From Hormiphora californensis (Eukaryota; Animalia; Ctenophora), in NCBI GenBank assembly GCA_020137815.1, contig CM035358.1, positions 806,001 to 870,000 on the forward strand: DNA of 64,000 nt, in the 5' to 3' direction. The notes under the pieces were generated by a model. It was not told where the DNA came from and did not search any database. It saw only the letters and a program-made list of their open reading frames with translations. Both the position numbers and the translations under genes were made by a program. Within the stretch, counting starts at the first letter, position 1; every line of letters begins with the position of its first letter. This document shows, piece after piece, positions 62,839 to 64,000 of the stretch.

Positions 62839-63761
62839 TTAGGGCGTTTCAGAAATAACTTCGTCTCCCGATATTTTCAAAAAATATTGAAGATATCCAC
62901 ATATACACTTCTGTAGCGTGTTATTTGAAGTCTTGACTAGTCACAACCGTAGTTATTTTGAAATTATTGATGAGGGGTGGCTCTCAGCGAACCCGGAAAC
63001 ACCTTAAACTCAAACTGCCGCTGAACGGGAAAAACGCGCATAGTACTGAAACTACTATACTTCTTGAAAATTGAATCTGTGGGATGTTTTATTGCATCAA
63101 TCTTGTTCATTAGACAATTATCTATCATTTAAGATGTAATAGAAGATCCTAGCTTTATTTGCGGCTGAGCAATCGGCCTCCAAAAAAATTCGGTAAAAAT
63201 TGGAAAGTTTCACTTCCGGGTCCCTTCACTTTTTATATGAGTAGCTCATAATCAAAAACTTTGCAGCAATAGATAGCTCTAAGGAAGTTCTATGACATAG
63301 TAAAGCCAATTATTTGATTTGTTGACATATAAAAGTGAATAATTGACGTTTTCGAACATACCCCCAAAACAAGCCAAAAATTGAGGCGAAATTTTGCATT
63401 TTTTCGACTTTTTATGTTACATTTACTGTCCAAGAGGTTTTTGGGCAACGCGTCGAGACCCAAATCGCATATATATCTCATCCTTAGACGATGAGCTATC
63501 GATTGAGCGCTACAGAAAGTCAAAAATCCATATCAGCTCCTCTCCAGAGGCGTTTAAAAAATTCTGGGAACCCCGTTCAGCGGCAACATGACTTCTGGTA
63601 TCATATCACCCAATTTCGGGGACTAAACAATGCCCTAAACTATTCAGAACACGTTTCCAGGAAGAGAATCGTCCATTGAACAAGATAAAACTGGGTAGAA
63701 GTCTCTATCTATCATAGATCCCAAAATATCGCGAAGCGAAGTTATTTCTGAAACGCCCTAA
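62839..63761. mobile_element. ~920-bp non-autonomous DNA transposon in TA-rich site
   Basis: TIR ttagggcgtttcagaaataacttcg ... cgaagttatttctgaaacgccctaa, flanked by tata. Confidence 0.8.
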
Positions 63762-64000
63762 TATATTATTATAATCAAGCTTTATACAAAATATGAATTT
63801 TAAAACCAAATTCGTGATTTTATCTGAAATGAAAGTGAGGTAGGAGATATCATGCGAGTGTGCACTGTGCACTGGAAAACTAATAGCTTCGTGCAAAATA
63901 AAGAGACGTGCATGTATAATGATGTTGCCTAATCGTCTCTTTCTTGTAATAGGCATCCACACATGAATGCAAGGGAAAAACGGTGACAGTGACATATTCA

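Overview
Eukaryotic (animal) genomic DNA with GT-AG introns and many (GA/CT)n microsatellites. The GPCR subfamily style and the gene nesting suggest a ctenophore, which is an inference only. Genes reconstructed by hand: (1) a spliced NOX5-type NADPH oxidase (+, ~1087-18742) whose N-terminal EF-hand pair appears triplicated; (2) an intronless SHIPPO/ODF3-like ciliary repeat protein (-); (3) a two-exon secreted 59-aa precursor with a CxxxC-x12-CxxxC motif (+); (4) an orphan acidic disordered protein (-); (5) a frameshifted rhodopsin-class GPCR (+); (6) a large anillin gene (-, 39636 to beyond 60906), which has two head-to-head tRNA-Asp genes in one intron and a 12-kb intron holding several ATG-initiated, phase-0 exons; (7) an intronless carbohydrate sulfotransferase (+). 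Mobile DNA includes a 5'-truncated RNase H-bearing LINE with target-site duplication (TSD), a 1.3-kb TTAA foldback element, a piggyBac-like MITE and several other MITEs and hairpins. About 6880-8600 and 46700-47130 look like low-quality assembly. All exon models come from manual translation and splice-phase checks, with no database search.
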